64,000 bases of DNA from Ignavibacteriota bacterium (GCA_963801355.1 CAWDEM010000004.1:544001-608000), one strand, 5' to 3'; counted from the first letter of the stretch, positions 9,619 to 21,000 are shown. A program made the numbers and translations. The notes: a model not told the origin generated them from the sequence alone.

Positions 9619-11685
9619 ATGAACGAACTCAGATTGAGATGGGCGGCAGTAAACTTGTTGCTGTTGATGGTTGCCATCCAGGCACCCGGTCTCGCCCAGG
9701 CAGGCGGAAATCCGCTTCAGGAACTTTGGGACAACCTCCAGGATCTGCAGGACACTGAGGGGAATTTCCCCTACGCCGAGATGATTCAGTCGGATCCGGT
9801 CAAAATCGGATCAGTCTACGCCGGCCGCATCAACGGGATCGATCAGGCGATGTGGCGCCCTTCTGGATCCGTTTCGGCCGATGGCCAGTCAACCACGATC
9901 ACCATTAACGGACGGAACGCAATCATTCATATTGATCAGGACCGATCCGACGCTCTGGTTGCGGGATATTCGTTCCAATTTGAAATCACCGAAATCAGAA
10001 ATACCAATGGTGTCAAGTACTCCAAAGCGAATCCGTGGGACAACTGGCCGACACTCAAAACAACGTCATCCGGCGTGACCGTGTCGACCCATTTCGATGT
10101 TGGAGATGCAACCGACGTTGTCGGCGTCATCCGGGCCAGCACGCTCTCCCGGCCGGGGGCTCCTTCTGTACAATATGCAGACGGACGGTTTGTCGTCAAA
10201 ATCGAACGCGACCCGAGATGCATGGCACTTGGATCATTCTCCATCCCCGTGTTCCCGGTTTCGATTCTGTATGCGCCAACCCCTGGGGAGAACGGCAAAA
10301 CCACCGTGCAGTATGTCGACGAGCAATCAGTCACGACAAAAGTCTCCACAACGATCACCGGAGAACAAAGCCAGACCGTGCCGGCGGACTACTCGGGCAT
10401 GGGAGGTCTCAGTTCAATCCTGTCTGGACTTCAGGCTGTGGGAACCGTTGTGGGCTTGCTCAACCCCGCAGCCGGCGCGATTATCGGGAAGTGCGCCAGC
10501 GCCTGCAAGGACGCGATAGGAACCTATGACGAATCCGCAGAATCGGGAACAAAGCAGCAGGTCGTCGACGGCTCATTGTTTCTCTCCTCATCTTCACTGG
10601 GTCAAACCGTAGGCGGCGAGAACGACGATGGAACCCTTGCCGAACCTGGAAAGGACGACCGCTTGGTGCTCTTACGTGGACTGCGTCTGGCATGGGTTGC
10701 CGAGGGGGCGAACAATCCGATGCTGATTTCCCTTGGCGCGAAGCAGATCGAAATGATCCCTGTCAGGAAGATCGCCAATGACATCGCTGTTCTCGCAGCA
10801 GTTGAACCTCCCCCGCCTGAGGCGGGCCCTGCTGACTCCGGACATGTGGGCGATCTTGAATTCGGGCAAACCGGCACGGAGAACAAGCCCGCTCAGACTA
10901 AGGGCAAAGCACAGCAGCTTGACAGCAAGGTCGTTCAACATATCAACAGCATTGTGAAGGCGCTCGAGACGGAGGAAGAGCAACTCACTGACATCAGCGA
11001 TCTCGAGACCCTTCGCTCGCTCTTTGTCATGGACCCGCTCGCTTTTGTCGGGCCCGACGTCGATTTCGACCAGCCCTACGTGAAGCAGCATTACGGCGAC
11101 CGGTTCCAGGCGGCCTACTTTGTGACACAATGGGGCATGGCGGACGAACTCAATACGGAATTCCCGACAGAATTCGAAACGGTGTCCATGTCCACATCCT
11201 CCCATGCCCAAACGGGAACACAGTTCCAGACCTCCGTCGACGACGACAAGCCAGGATGGTTTGGGAAGTACATTCTCGGATATCAAACCAAGAAGGTCAA
11301 AACGTCATCTACACTGTCCGCCTCAACGGAAACATCCCTTTCAACTCGCCGGCAGGTAAAACTGCATTGGGAGCGCTCATCAGCCGAGGTTGTGCTGCGC
11401 GCTTACTATGATTGTGTGTTTGGCACGTACATCTTCCGCGAGGTGGCAAACACCTATCGGCAGACGAGCAGCATTGCCACTGATGATGACGGCAACCCCC
11501 TCCCCAATCAAATGCTGAGATTCGAGATCAATGGCAGATCTGTCCTGGCGCGCACTGATGAGGACGGCAAGTACACCGTCTATTCCTCCAATCCTGATCA
11601 CGGAGCGGCAAAGATCACGCTGGGCAAGAGAGTTATGACACTGGACGTTACTCCGGCGAAAAAGAAGGTACGGCCGCTGAGATGA
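9619..11685 (+). CDS. Secreted hypothetical protein (688 aa) with Ser/Thr-rich strands and a C-terminal Ig/carboxypeptidase-regulatory-like domain
   Basis: GGGAGG RBS; signal peptide ending GLAQA; C-terminal ATDDDGNPLPNQ...ARTDEDGKYTV. Confidence 0.85.
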   Translation: MNELRLRWAAVNLLLLMVAIQAPGLAQAGGNPLQELWDNLQDLQDTEGNFPYAEMIQSDPVKIGSVYAGRINGIDQAMWRPSGSVSADGQSTTITINGRNAIIHIDQDRSDALVAGYSFQFEITEIRNTNGVKYSKANPWDNWPTLKTTSSGVTVSTHFDVGDATDVVGVIRASTLSRPGAPSVQYADGRFVVKIERDPRCMALGSFSIPVFPVSILYAPTPGENGKTTVQYVDEQSVTTKVSTTITGEQSQTVPADYSGMGGLSSILSGLQAVGTVVGLLNPAAGAIIGKCASACKDAIGTYDESAESGTKQQVVDGSLFLSSSSLGQTVGGENDDGTLAEPGKDDRLVLLRGLRLAWVAEGANNPMLISLGAKQIEMIPVRKIANDIAVLAAVEPPPPEAGPADSGHVGDLEFGQTGTENKPAQTKGKAQQLDSKVVQHINSIVKALETEEEQLTDISDLETLRSLFVMDPLAFVGPDVDFDQPYVKQHYGDRFQAAYFVTQWGMADELNTEFPTEFETVSMSTSSHAQTGTQFQTSVDDDKPGWFGKYILGYQTKKVKTSSTLSASTETSLSTRRQVKLHWERSSAEVVLRAYYDCVFGTYIFREVANTYRQTSSIATDDDGNPLPNQMLRFEINGRSVLARTDEDGKYTVYSSNPDHGAAKITLGKRVMTLDVTPAKKKVRPLR

Positions 11686-11777
11686 GTCTCACATTGACGT
11701 GCCGCCCGGAAAATGATCCAAGCACAAATGAGGAGGTGAGCTGAACCGCGGCAAATTTCTTCAAGCTTGGTTGGGTG

Positions 11778-14700
11778 TCATCTCACGAGCATGAGTTTCT
11801 TCGTCTCCACGAAGTCCCCCGCTTCGCTCTTGGAGTCACGCTCGACGGCGGAGTCCAGAGGGCGGACCTGCAATCTGTAAAAATACACTCCACTGGAAAG
11901 CCCCGAGGCGTCGAATTTCACCTCATGATAACCAGCGTCCACCTCCCCTTTCACCAAACCAGCCACCGCCTGTCCCAGTGTGTTGTAGACGACCAGTGTC
12001 ACATGCGACCTCTGGGGAAGGCCGTACCGGACAGTCGTGCCCGGATTGAACGGGTTGGGGTGGTTCTGCATGAGTTCAATTCGGCTCGGGAGATTTACTT
12101 CGGATGCGATGCCGGTTGCTGTGGCGATCATCGGCGCACTGAACTCCGATGTATTCCCGTAGGGGTCTGTGGCTGTCACGGTGATCCACTGGCCCGCTGC
12201 GACCGGTGTCCCGATCGTCGTACGGAAGGTGGCACTCCCCGCTGCATCCGTCGTCACGTCGGTCCACCCCAGAAACGTCTGGCCTTCTTGGTTGCTGAGA
12301 GGGTTGTCCGAAGGAGTGGCGAAGACCTCGAGCCTGAACGTCGAGCTGGCTGAACTGTTCAAGCTACCCTCCATTGCCAGGAAATCGCCTCCTTCCACCG
12401 AAGAAAGCACAGGATAGTTCTGCAGGCCGTTCGGTCCGGTGTCTGCATCATTTGGATCATTGGCGGTTCGTCCCCAACTATCCTCCATCCCCCCTACGAG
12501 ATTGATCCCCAATCCACCGTTTGCAAGTATCGAGTTCGCATTCATCCGAATCCTGGAGGCGGTTTTGTTCAGAGTTCCGATAATACGAATCCCATCCTCT
12601 TCGTTGTAAGCAATCATGTTGCCTTTGCCACCGTTAAACGCGCCTATCAGAACGGAATCACTTTGTTCCACCAGAATGCCCACCTGGTTGCCTACAGCCT
12701 TGGTTCCCGTGATGTCTGTACCGATACGATTGCCGCATACCAGGTCTCCTCCGATACTTCCAAAATGTATACCTGTCAGGGCATTGCCGGAGATTGTATT
12801 GCCTGAGCCCGGCGTCGTCCCGCCAATGACGGTCCCTTTGTGGTCCACGAAGATGCCGTCCATGTAGTTCGGCAGCTTTGTTTCCCCCGCGGCATTGGTA
12901 CCGATAAGGTTGCCTTTGATAACATTTCCCGTGGCGGACGGGCCGATGTGGATTCCGGCTCCGACAATTGGCTGGCCACCGCCTACCCCGCTCACACCGC
13001 TTCCGCTAATGAGATTGCCTGCCCCTTCACCACCCCCGCCAATAGTGTTGTCATCGGAAAAATTGATTCTTATCCCTGCACTTTTATTGCCAAGCGGTGC
13101 ACTCCCTTGTGCGTTGGTACCTATGTAGTTTCCCTGCACAACATTGTGGCCCACGGTATGGCCTGTTATGTAGATTCCCACAATTGTGTTCCCTGAGATG
13201 ATATTGCGCTGCTCAGGTGTTATGCCGCCGATTGTATTGTAGCTTGCATTGACGATGATTCCCAGCGTGTTGCTCAGGGAGGTCGATCCGTTCACGTCTG
13301 TGCCGATGAGGCATCCTTCAACCCGGTGCCCTCCCGCCGCCAACAGCAGAATGCCTGCGCCCTGGAATCGATTGATGACAAGGCCGCGTGCAATACTTCC
13401 CCCGCCGAGAAGTCGGAGGCCCTCAATATCGTTTCCGGCATTTGTGCCGTCAATCTCAATCTTCAGCACTGCGTTGCTTCCGGCACTGAACGCGTTGGTA
13501 TTGACACTGCTGCCCGGTTGTGTGTATCCGTCGATCACCACAGGATCGGTGAACTCTGGGAGAGGGGTGACCGGCGAGATTGTGTGCACGTCGGTGCCAG
13601 GTATTTTGAACGCAATCGTGTCTCTTCCCGGCTTCGCGTTGGCGTTCAGGATCGCCTGCCTGAACGACCCCGGTCCGCTGTCCAGCGTATTGGTTACCAC
13701 CTCTGTGCCTTCGACGAGGGTGAGGGCAATGGGACTACCGAACTCCGAGGTGTTGCCATTAGCATCGGTTGCGGTCGCGGTGATCGTTTGACCCACGCCT
13801 ATTGGCTGCCCGATGGTGGCTTCGAACAAGGCGTCTCCTGTTGCGTCAGTGGTGACATCAATCCACCCCAGAAATGTCTGGCCTTCTCCGTATACGGGAG
13901 GAACCACTGTTGGCGTGGCAAAGAACTCCAGCGTGAACGTTGCGTTAGGGTTGCTGTTCAGAATCCCTCCGACGGTAAAAGAGCTCCCGCCGATGACGCT
14001 TCCGATGATCGGGAAGTTCTGCAGATTGTTGGCCCCGGTATCCCCGTCACCGGGATCGTTTCCTGTGACACCCTTGCCGTCTTCTACGCCCCCGACCAGA
14101 TTGATCCCCAGCCGGCCGTTGCTATAGATGGAATTGCCGCTGATGCGGTTTGCAGAGCTTTGAAAGTCAATCGCTACGCCCTCGTAGCCGTTACATGCGA
14201 TAATATTGCCTGCTCCGTCTGTCCGTCCCCCAATGGTAGTGTTGTGGCCCTCGTTAATGATCGCCAACCCGTAATACACGTTTCCTAATGCGCTGGTACC
14301 GTTCGCGTCGGTCCCGATCTTGTTCCCTGCCACGAGATTGTGCGAAGCAGGTGAACCTGAGATGATCACCCCACTTGATCGATTTCCCGAAATCACATTG
14401 GCGGCACCAATTTGTGGGCCTCCAATCTGATTCGATTTCCCACCCTGGATCCTGACACCGTTCAGATTAGGAACGGCTTTGGTTCCGGTAATGTCGGTAC
14501 CAATGTAATTGGTCAGCACAAGGTTCGTGTCGCCGTACACCTGAACGCCATCCAACGCGTTACCCGAAATGATGTTGCGCGCTCCCAGAGATGCACCTCC
14601 GACAGTGTTCCTGCTGCCGCCGACAAAGATCCCTATCTGGAAGTTCGCAACCGTATCGTCACCTGCCGCGTTCGTCCCGATGAAGTTCCCAGCAATCTCA

Positions 14701-16802
14701 TTGTCGGAACTCACAATCTGAAGGCCCATCGCCGTGCCGGGGGAAGTACCATTACCGCTGATGACGTTGCCCGCACCGGGGGCTGTTCCGCCGATGGTGT
14801 TGAGCCGTGCAGGCTTGTAAATGCTGATCCCTGTACCGACGTTGCCCAGCGCATCCGTTCCATCTGCATTCAGTCCAATATAATTGCCCTGCACGACATT
14901 CCCTGTGGCTCCCAACGAATAAATGGCCACACCGACGAGTGAGTTGCCGGAAATCACGTTGCGCGCTTCTGGAGCGGTTCCACCGATGACATTGTCCGCC
15001 ACGCCGTCGATCCATACACCATCCGCGTTGTCGTGCCGGACGAGCCCCCAATTGTCAGTCCCGAGGTAATTGCCTTCAATCACGTTGCCGCCCAGACTGT
15101 CGATGCGTACGGCAACATCAGAAAAGGAATTGATGGCGAGCCCGCGCACACAGCTGTTGCCCCCCCGTAGCCATATCCCGTCCGCTAAACTGCCAGCAGC
15201 GCTTCCATTGATCACAATCTTCAGTGTCGCATTGCTCGGATCCTTGAGCACCTTCGTGTTCGGCTTGCTCCCCAGTTGCGTGAAGCCGTCAATCACCACC
15301 GGATCGGTCAATGCAGGAAGTGGAGTCACCGGCATGATCGTGTGCGGACCGGATCCCGGGATGTCGAAAGTGATCGTGTCCTTGCCGCTCCGCGCGTTCG
15401 CGTCAAGGATGGCCTGCCGAAGCGAGCCCGCTCCGGTATCGAGGATGTTGGTTACGACCAAGTCATACGATGCCGGGACCGCATCAGCAACCTTCTGCAC
15501 ACTTCCGTAGATATCCCAGTTCGTGCTCGCACCATTGCGGTAGTCCTGCCAGACAACCAGCGCCATTTCATTTGAAGTGTTTGCTGCCACAGCCGGGTAT
15601 TTCGGATCTTCGTTGCCATTTGTAGACGAGATCGCCACATTTGTGGCTGGGACTTTTTCAAAGACGTAACTCGCTCGGACATGGGCAACCATCACATCAT
15701 TAGACGGATTCGTGTCAGGCGTCTCGCGCCAGACGACGTAGAACTTCTGACTGGAGGTGTTGAAGGAAACTCTGGGCCTCCACGATTCGACATTCGCATC
15801 AGTTATCGTGTGGCCCGCAATGGCGCTGATGGGAAAGGAATTATCGGGCACCTGATCGGTGGAGGAGTATTCAATCTTCCCGGCATCAACAAATCCACCC
15901 CAAATGCCCGACCAGTCCTGACCGTGCCAGTGATTGTTCTGGTCGGCCCAAACCACAAGGAACGCAGGACCGGACATGCTGTATCCGGACTTGGGACCGT
16001 AAGAAACATCGACACAAAACTCACCACCAGTGGGACTGCCTGTACTGAATGGCACATAGCGGTACCTTACCCCCGGGTGCGCAGGATCGTACACCACGTT
16101 CATCGGCGCCCCGTCGCTGTCCAGCATTACAAGCACCAAGTCGCGCCCGACGGCAAGGAGGTAGCGACCGGTAGGAGTTTCCGGAGATATCATGGGGGCA
16201 TAGGCCGCGCTGAACGCCGGCTCGGCAGGATAGTAGCCATGAGGGCGATCTTCCACAAGGATACCCGTGCTGAGTATCTGTCCGTCAGCGCCGATCTTGC
16301 GCGAATAGATTTTGATGTTGAAGTTCCCGGAACCCGTAGGGGTTTCCACAAGCGAAGCCCCGAGAAACAGATACTGTCCGCTGATGGAGTTGTAAAGGAT
16401 TCGCGAACTCGTAATCGGATCGGGAAGAATTTGCAGCATGAGCATCGGACCGACAAGCGTCCCGGTGCTGCTGACCCGTTGACCAGCAGCGCCTCCACCA
16501 GCATAAGCCCCTACCAGGTATTCATTCGCCGCGCTGTTATAGGCAACCGACGGATTGGAGCCGGTGGAATAGATGAGGAATGGCGTTCCGATGGCTGTAC
16601 CACCTTCCCCAAGGCGCTGCCCCATTACCGAGTAGCTCATGAGCTCCGTCCATACCACCAGGTATTCATGGTTGACAGAGTTGTACGCAACGGCAGGCAA
16701 TACATCATGATTGGCGCTCTGTCGGATCGGAAAGTCTGCCAGGGCTGTGGCACAGGATCCAAGTAGGAGTATTTGCGCGATAACAAGAGAATTGCGTTTC
16801 AT
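11778..16802 (-). CDS. Large secreted protein (1674 aa): N-terminal propeller-like repeats, two tandem beta-helix/Ig modules, T9SS-type C-terminal sorting domain
   Basis: Signal peptide; PAVAYNS..EYLVVW repeats; VVTN.LD.G.GS.RQAIL.ANA twice; many GN.IGT.A.G turns; TATD..GNTSEF twice; NHPNPFNP...GVYFYRL...KKLMLVR. Confidence 0.9.
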   Translation of the reverse strand: MKRNSLVIAQILLLGSCATALADFPIRQSANHDVLPAVAYNSVNHEYLVVWTELMSYSVMGQRLGEGGTAIGTPFLIYSTGSNPSVAYNSAANEYLVGAYAGGGAAGQRVSSTGTLVGPMLMLQILPDPITSSRILYNSISGQYLFLGASLVETPTGSGNFNIKIYSRKIGADGQILSTGILVEDRPHGYYPAEPAFSAAYAPMISPETPTGRYLLAVGRDLVLVMLDSDGAPMNVVYDPAHPGVRYRYVPFSTGSPTGGEFCVDVSYGPKSGYSMSGPAFLVVWADQNNHWHGQDWSGIWGGFVDAGKIEYSSTDQVPDNSFPISAIAGHTITDANVESWRPRVSFNTSSQKFYVVWRETPDTNPSNDVMVAHVRASYVFEKVPATNVAISSTNGNEDPKYPAVAANTSNEMALVVWQDYRNGASTNWDIYGSVQKVADAVPASYDLVVTNILDTGAGSLRQAILDANARSGKDTITFDIPGSGPHTIMPVTPLPALTDPVVIDGFTQLGSKPNTKVLKDPSNATLKIVINGSAAGSLADGIWLRGGNSCVRGLAINSFSDVAVRIDSLGGNVIEGNYLGTDNWGLVRHDNADGVWIDGVADNVIGGTAPEARNVISGNSLVGVAIYSLGATGNVVQGNYIGLNADGTDALGNVGTGISIYKPARLNTIGGTAPGAGNVISGNGTSPGTAMGLQIVSSDNEIAGNFIGTNAAGDDTVANFQIGIFVGGSRNTVGGASLGARNIISGNALDGVQVYGDTNLVLTNYIGTDITGTKAVPNLNGVRIQGGKSNQIGGPQIGAANVISGNRSSGVIISGSPASHNLVAGNKIGTDANGTSALGNVYYGLAIINEGHNTTIGGRTDGAGNIIACNGYEGVAIDFQSSANRISGNSIYSNGRLGINLVGGVEDGKGVTGNDPGDGDTGANNLQNFPIIGSVIGGSSFTVGGILNSNPNATFTLEFFATPTVVPPVYGEGQTFLGWIDVTTDATGDALFEATIGQPIGVGQTITATATDANGNTSEFGSPIALTLVEGTEVVTNTLDSGPGSFRQAILNANAKPGRDTIAFKIPGTDVHTISPVTPLPEFTDPVVIDGYTQPGSSVNTNAFSAGSNAVLKIEIDGTNAGNDIEGLRLLGGGSIARGLVINRFQGAGILLLAAGGHRVEGCLIGTDVNGSTSLSNTLGIIVNASYNTIGGITPEQRNIISGNTIVGIYITGHTVGHNVVQGNYIGTNAQGSAPLGNKSAGIRINFSDDNTIGGGGEGAGNLISGSGVSGVGGGQPIVGAGIHIGPSATGNVIKGNLIGTNAAGETKLPNYMDGIFVDHKGTVIGGTTPGSGNTISGNALTGIHFGSIGGDLVCGNRIGTDITGTKAVGNQVGILVEQSDSVLIGAFNGGKGNMIAYNEEDGIRIIGTLNKTASRIRMNANSILANGGLGINLVGGMEDSWGRTANDPNDADTGPNGLQNYPVLSSVEGGDFLAMEGSLNSSASSTFRLEVFATPSDNPLSNQEGQTFLGWTDVTTDAAGSATFRTTIGTPVAAGQWITVTATDPYGNTSEFSAPMIATATGIASEVNLPSRIELMQNHPNPFNPGTTVRYGLPQRSHVTLVVYNTLGQAVAGLVKGEVDAGYHEVKFDASGLSSGVYFYRLQVRPLDSAVERDSKSEAGDFVETKKLMLVR
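11823..11867. repeat. 45-bp in-frame imperfect palindrome inside the C-terminal sorting domain
   Basis: Encodes VRPLDSAVERDSKSE between YRLQ and AGDFVETKK; arms TCCGCCCTCTGGACTCCGC / GCGTGACTCCAAGAGCGAA are imperfectly complementary. Confidence 0.55.
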
Positions 16803-17000
16803 AGGAAGGACCCTCCCATTTTTGTTTGGTCGGGGTTGACGCTACAACTTGTGGATCAGAATAGCAGCTGATCCCCCTCTCCTCAATAGAATTCCGTCAA
16901 AATGCAAGCACTATGTGCCGATTTGTGCAGAGATCTCGACACACTCGACAAAGTCATCTGCCCAACACACCTTCCGAGCATGTTTTGTTGGGGGCCCGAG

Positions 17001-17858
17001 TCAGAGCGGTTCCGTGCTGAAGGTATCTCCCTGCTGTAAATCACCCGTCTCCAACCCCTTTTTGAACCAGCGAACGCGCTGTGCAGACGAGCCGTGCGTG
17101 AAGGCGTCCGGAACGACGTAGCCCTGGGTCTGTTTCTGAATGCGGTCGTCACCAATGGCGCTTGCCGCATTCAGCCCTTCCTCCACATCTCCTGCCTCCA
17201 GAATCTGGCGCGATTGCTGGGCGTGGTGTGCCCAGACACCTGCGAGAAAATCGGCCTGGAGCTCGAGACGCACCGAAAGTTGTCTGTATTCCGCCTCACT
17301 GACGCGGCCGCGCATCCGCTCCACTTTCGCCATGATGCCAAGCTGGTTCTGCACGTGGTGCCCGATTTCGTGCGCGATAACATATGCCCTGGCGAAATCG
17401 CCCGTCGCGCCGAAACGCTGTTCGAGCTCGTCGAAGAAACTCATATCGAGATAGACTTTCTGATCTCCCGGGCAATAGAACGGACCCGTTGCGGCATCGG
17501 CCATACCGCAGGCGGATTGCGCAAGGCCCGAGAAAAGCACCAGATGGGGCGCCTGATACGTCTGCCCGCGTTGCGCAAACACCTGCTGCCAGACATCCTC
17601 GGTCTCGCCGAGGATAGCGGACACAAAATCCGCGCTCTGTTGGTCAACGGCTCCGCCGGTCTGTGCCTCTGTACCGATGGTGGCGCCATCCCCGGCACCA
17701 CCTATTGTCTGGAGAAGCGACAGCGGATCGGCGCCCAACAAGAGCCCGACGATAAGAATGATGATTGCCGCGCCACCACCGATCATCGGTCCGCGGGACA
17801 ATCCACCCCCTTGTTGAACTTCCACGTTTTCGGAACGACGACTCTCTTGCCAGCGCAT
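17001..17858 (-). CDS. Neutral zinc metallopeptidase, YpfJ-like
   Basis: MRWQESRRSENVE start with GGAGG RBS; GPFYCPGD; AHEIGHHVQ (HExxH); ELQAD; THGSSAQRVRWF. Confidence 0.9.
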   Translation of the reverse strand: MRWQESRRSENVEVQQGGGLSRGPMIGGGAAIIILIVGLLLGADPLSLLQTIGGAGDGATIGTEAQTGGAVDQQSADFVSAILGETEDVWQQVFAQRGQTYQAPHLVLFSGLAQSACGMADAATGPFYCPGDQKVYLDMSFFDELEQRFGATGDFARAYVIAHEIGHHVQNQLGIMAKVERMRGRVSEAEYRQLSVRLELQADFLAGVWAHHAQQSRQILEAGDVEEGLNAASAIGDDRIQKQTQGYVVPDAFTHGSSAQRVRWFKKGLETGDLQQGDTFSTEPL

Positions 17859-18014
17859 GAATGCCTCCGGATCCCAAGTGACTGATTGAGACGTTCGATC
17901 GAACGAACGCAAAATATGCAATTGTCCATGATATGGCAAGTGGCCCACCGTTCGACTCGATTCCCTGGTGAAACAACAGGGTGGTCAACCATAAACGGAT
18001 GAGCCGTGCCGAAC

Positions 18015-21000
18015 CTATTTTAAAAGCAGCATCCGCTGAACCTGCCGCTGGTTGTTGGACTCAATGGTGCAGTAATACGCGCCGCTTGCCCGGTGTCCCG
18101 CGCGGAACGAAGCGTAGTGCCATTGTCCCGCGCGCACAAATCCGTTATAGACCAGCGCCACCTCCTGCCCCAGCTGGTTGAACACTTTCACCACCGCCCG
18201 TCCGCCGGTTGCCACTGAGAATCGGATGTGGGTTTCGGGGTTGAAGGGATTCGGGTAGTTGGCCAGTGTCAGTCTGTCGGGAACCAGTTCTGAAGAAGTC
18301 TCCTGCGCCACCGATGTGATGACGAAAGGGAGTTCGTCTGCCGCTGTGGCGTTTGTCGGGATCCAGTCGTATGCGATGAGCGCTGATGCCGCGGAATTCT
18401 TGGAAAAGATTTCGGAGAGGCTGTAATGTGATGCAGCGCTGCCGCTGAGCTGCGATGACCAGGCTACGCGGCCCGCGGTTGCTGCACCCGGACCAAAGCA
18501 ATTGAACTCCGCATAGAGTCCCGGAGTCACATTCCAGGCCAGCCAGCCGGCAGCATGAAGGTTCTTTGGCTGACTCGAATGGATGAAGACGGTGCGGGGA
18601 CTGTTCTGCCAGGGTCGTCCGAGGTAGAACGACGCAATTGCGGCACCGTCGTACCCTATGGAGTCAGCCACGATGGAACAGTTCCGGAAGACGTACCCAA
18701 AGAGCGAGGATGCGTCGGTGGATGCCGCGGTGAGTGTGCCGCCGTTCCGCAGCGCGCGGATGGTGCAGCTGTCAAAGACAACGATGTTGCGGCCGAAGAT
18801 GAAATCTACCGTTCCTTCGATATGACAATTCTTGTGCCACGTGCGGCCCGTGCCCCGGCCGCCCCATGTGTAGTATGTATCCTGGTATCCCAGCAGCCTG
18901 CAGTTGATGTACTCCTGCCTGTCGCCGTTGACGCGAAGGGCAACAGCCTGGGTGCCGCTCACGCCTGCCTGCGGGGCATACGTGTTCTGAATCGTGATGT
19001 TCTTCGCCACAAAATCATTAGCTTCAATGGTGACGGTGAATGTGCCGCTCGTGCCGGGATTGCCGGAACCGTACTTGTCGCCGTAATCATCGTTCCAGAT
19101 CACGGTACTGTCGCGGTCCTCGCCCATCAGCACGACGTTGGGCCGGTCCGCGGCGAGCGTGTCCTTCTCGTGATACATTCCCTTTTTCACAAAGATGGTC
19201 CACGTGCCCGTGTAGTTGGCCGGAACCGCATTGAAAGCCGCCTGCACCGTCATATACGTGCCACTGCCGTCTTTCGCGACGACAACAGTCGTGTCCCGTG
19301 CGGGGACCTGGGTGGTGAACGAAATTGTATCACCATAGCCTGTGCCGGCGCTATTGGTTGCATAGGCACGGACGAAGTACTTCGTGGCAGCGGTCAATCC
19401 TGTCAGACCGCTGGTGAAGCTGCCGGTGGCGGCACCGTCCACAGTCTTCATGTCGCCGATGGTCGGCATGGCGGCGGTGTTCCAGCAAATGCCACGCGCA
19501 GTAACGGTCGCGCCACCCCATGCAGCGACGTTGCCGCCGCTGATGGCGGTCTTGACCATGATGCTGGATGCCGCAGTGGTCGTGACTGTGGGGGGTACAA
19601 TGGCTGCGAGTGTGGAAAAGGTGACCTCGTTGCCATACGCCGTCCCGCCCGCGTTGGCGGCATACGCGCGCACGTAGTACGTCTTGCCGGAGAGCAGGTC
19701 CGTCAGGGAACTCGTAAAGACGCCGACACCGCCTCCATCGGTCGAGTGGTTGCCCGTGAATACCGGCGTGCTTACGGTATCCCAGCAGATACCACGGGCG
19801 AACACCGTGCCTCCGCCGTCTGCAGACACATTCCCTCCGCCGGTGGCAGATGTGGTCGAGATGCTCGTGACCGCGGACGTTGAGACTGTCGGTGGGAGGA
19901 TCGCCAGACCGATGGTGTTCCCTGCGATGCGGACATCCGATACGTACATCAGCTTCGCCCAACCCTCGGACGCCAGATTGTACGGGTAGATCCGTACATA
20001 TGCCTTCTCTCCGGATGCAATGGTGTCCTTGAGGGCGAACCGGTAGGGAACGAGCGTGCTCGACACCATCGCCGTGTCCATGAGCTGTGTGGATGTGGCA
20101 AACGATGAGTCGCGCGAATAGAGTACCGTTGCTTTGAGGTTGTTCGTGAACGCGGCACCCAGACTCATCGAGACAGAGTCAAGCAAGAATGTTCCGCCGA
20201 CCATCGGACCGGCCTCGTGTTGCACAAACACGTCCGGGTCAAGGTTCGTCCGAGCGGTCCAGGCATGGCCCCTGGTGACGACCCAGCCGCATTGAATGGC
20301 GTTGACGGTTGTGTAGCCATACATCTGCGTGCTGTCGCCGGTTTTCTGATCTGCGGCGGACAGGAGGCCGGAAACCGTCGGTGTGATTGTGCCCTTCATG
20401 GTCCAGGTGACCGCGGCCGAGATCGGAAGCCCCGTGGCTGTTCCGTAAATGTTCACATCCTGGGGGCAGACGTATTTGCCGCTGGGTGCGGTTGCCTGGT
20501 TGTCAACCCAGGGGTAGATCCTGAAGTAGAACTGTTCTCCTTCTGAGAGGTCCATTGCCGGCGTGAAACGAACGACATCCAGACCCCCGCTGAGCAGGTA
20601 AGTACCGGCAGGGGAGGTTGTCGAGCTCGTCGTGTAGGTCACGGCGGTTTTCGTGGCAAACGTTGAGTCCTTCGAATACCACAAATTGGCCTTCATATAG
20701 TTTGTACTCATTCCCCCGAGCTTCAGGACAACGGAGTCGACGGTCAGCGTGAAGAATGCCTTGGTGCGGACGGCAAACTGTATATACACGGTGTCTATCT
20801 GAGTGGTCTGATTGGCAGGCCAGGTGTTCCCCGTGCCTGCCATGCGCACGCGTTGCGCGCTGTTGAAGCCGGTGTACTGATTGATCTCTGTGCCCTTGAG
20901 CAACTCGTTGTAGCCCGTGACAGGCCCGGAGACGAGAACGTTCAGCCCGGTCCCTGCGGGCGTTCCTGACGGGTTCGTTAACGGCCATGTCGCGACGGTT

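Noticed and set aside
16900-16920. GGCAC...TTGC on the minus strand as a sigma54 promoter
   Set aside because: GG-to-GC spacing is 12, not the required 10.
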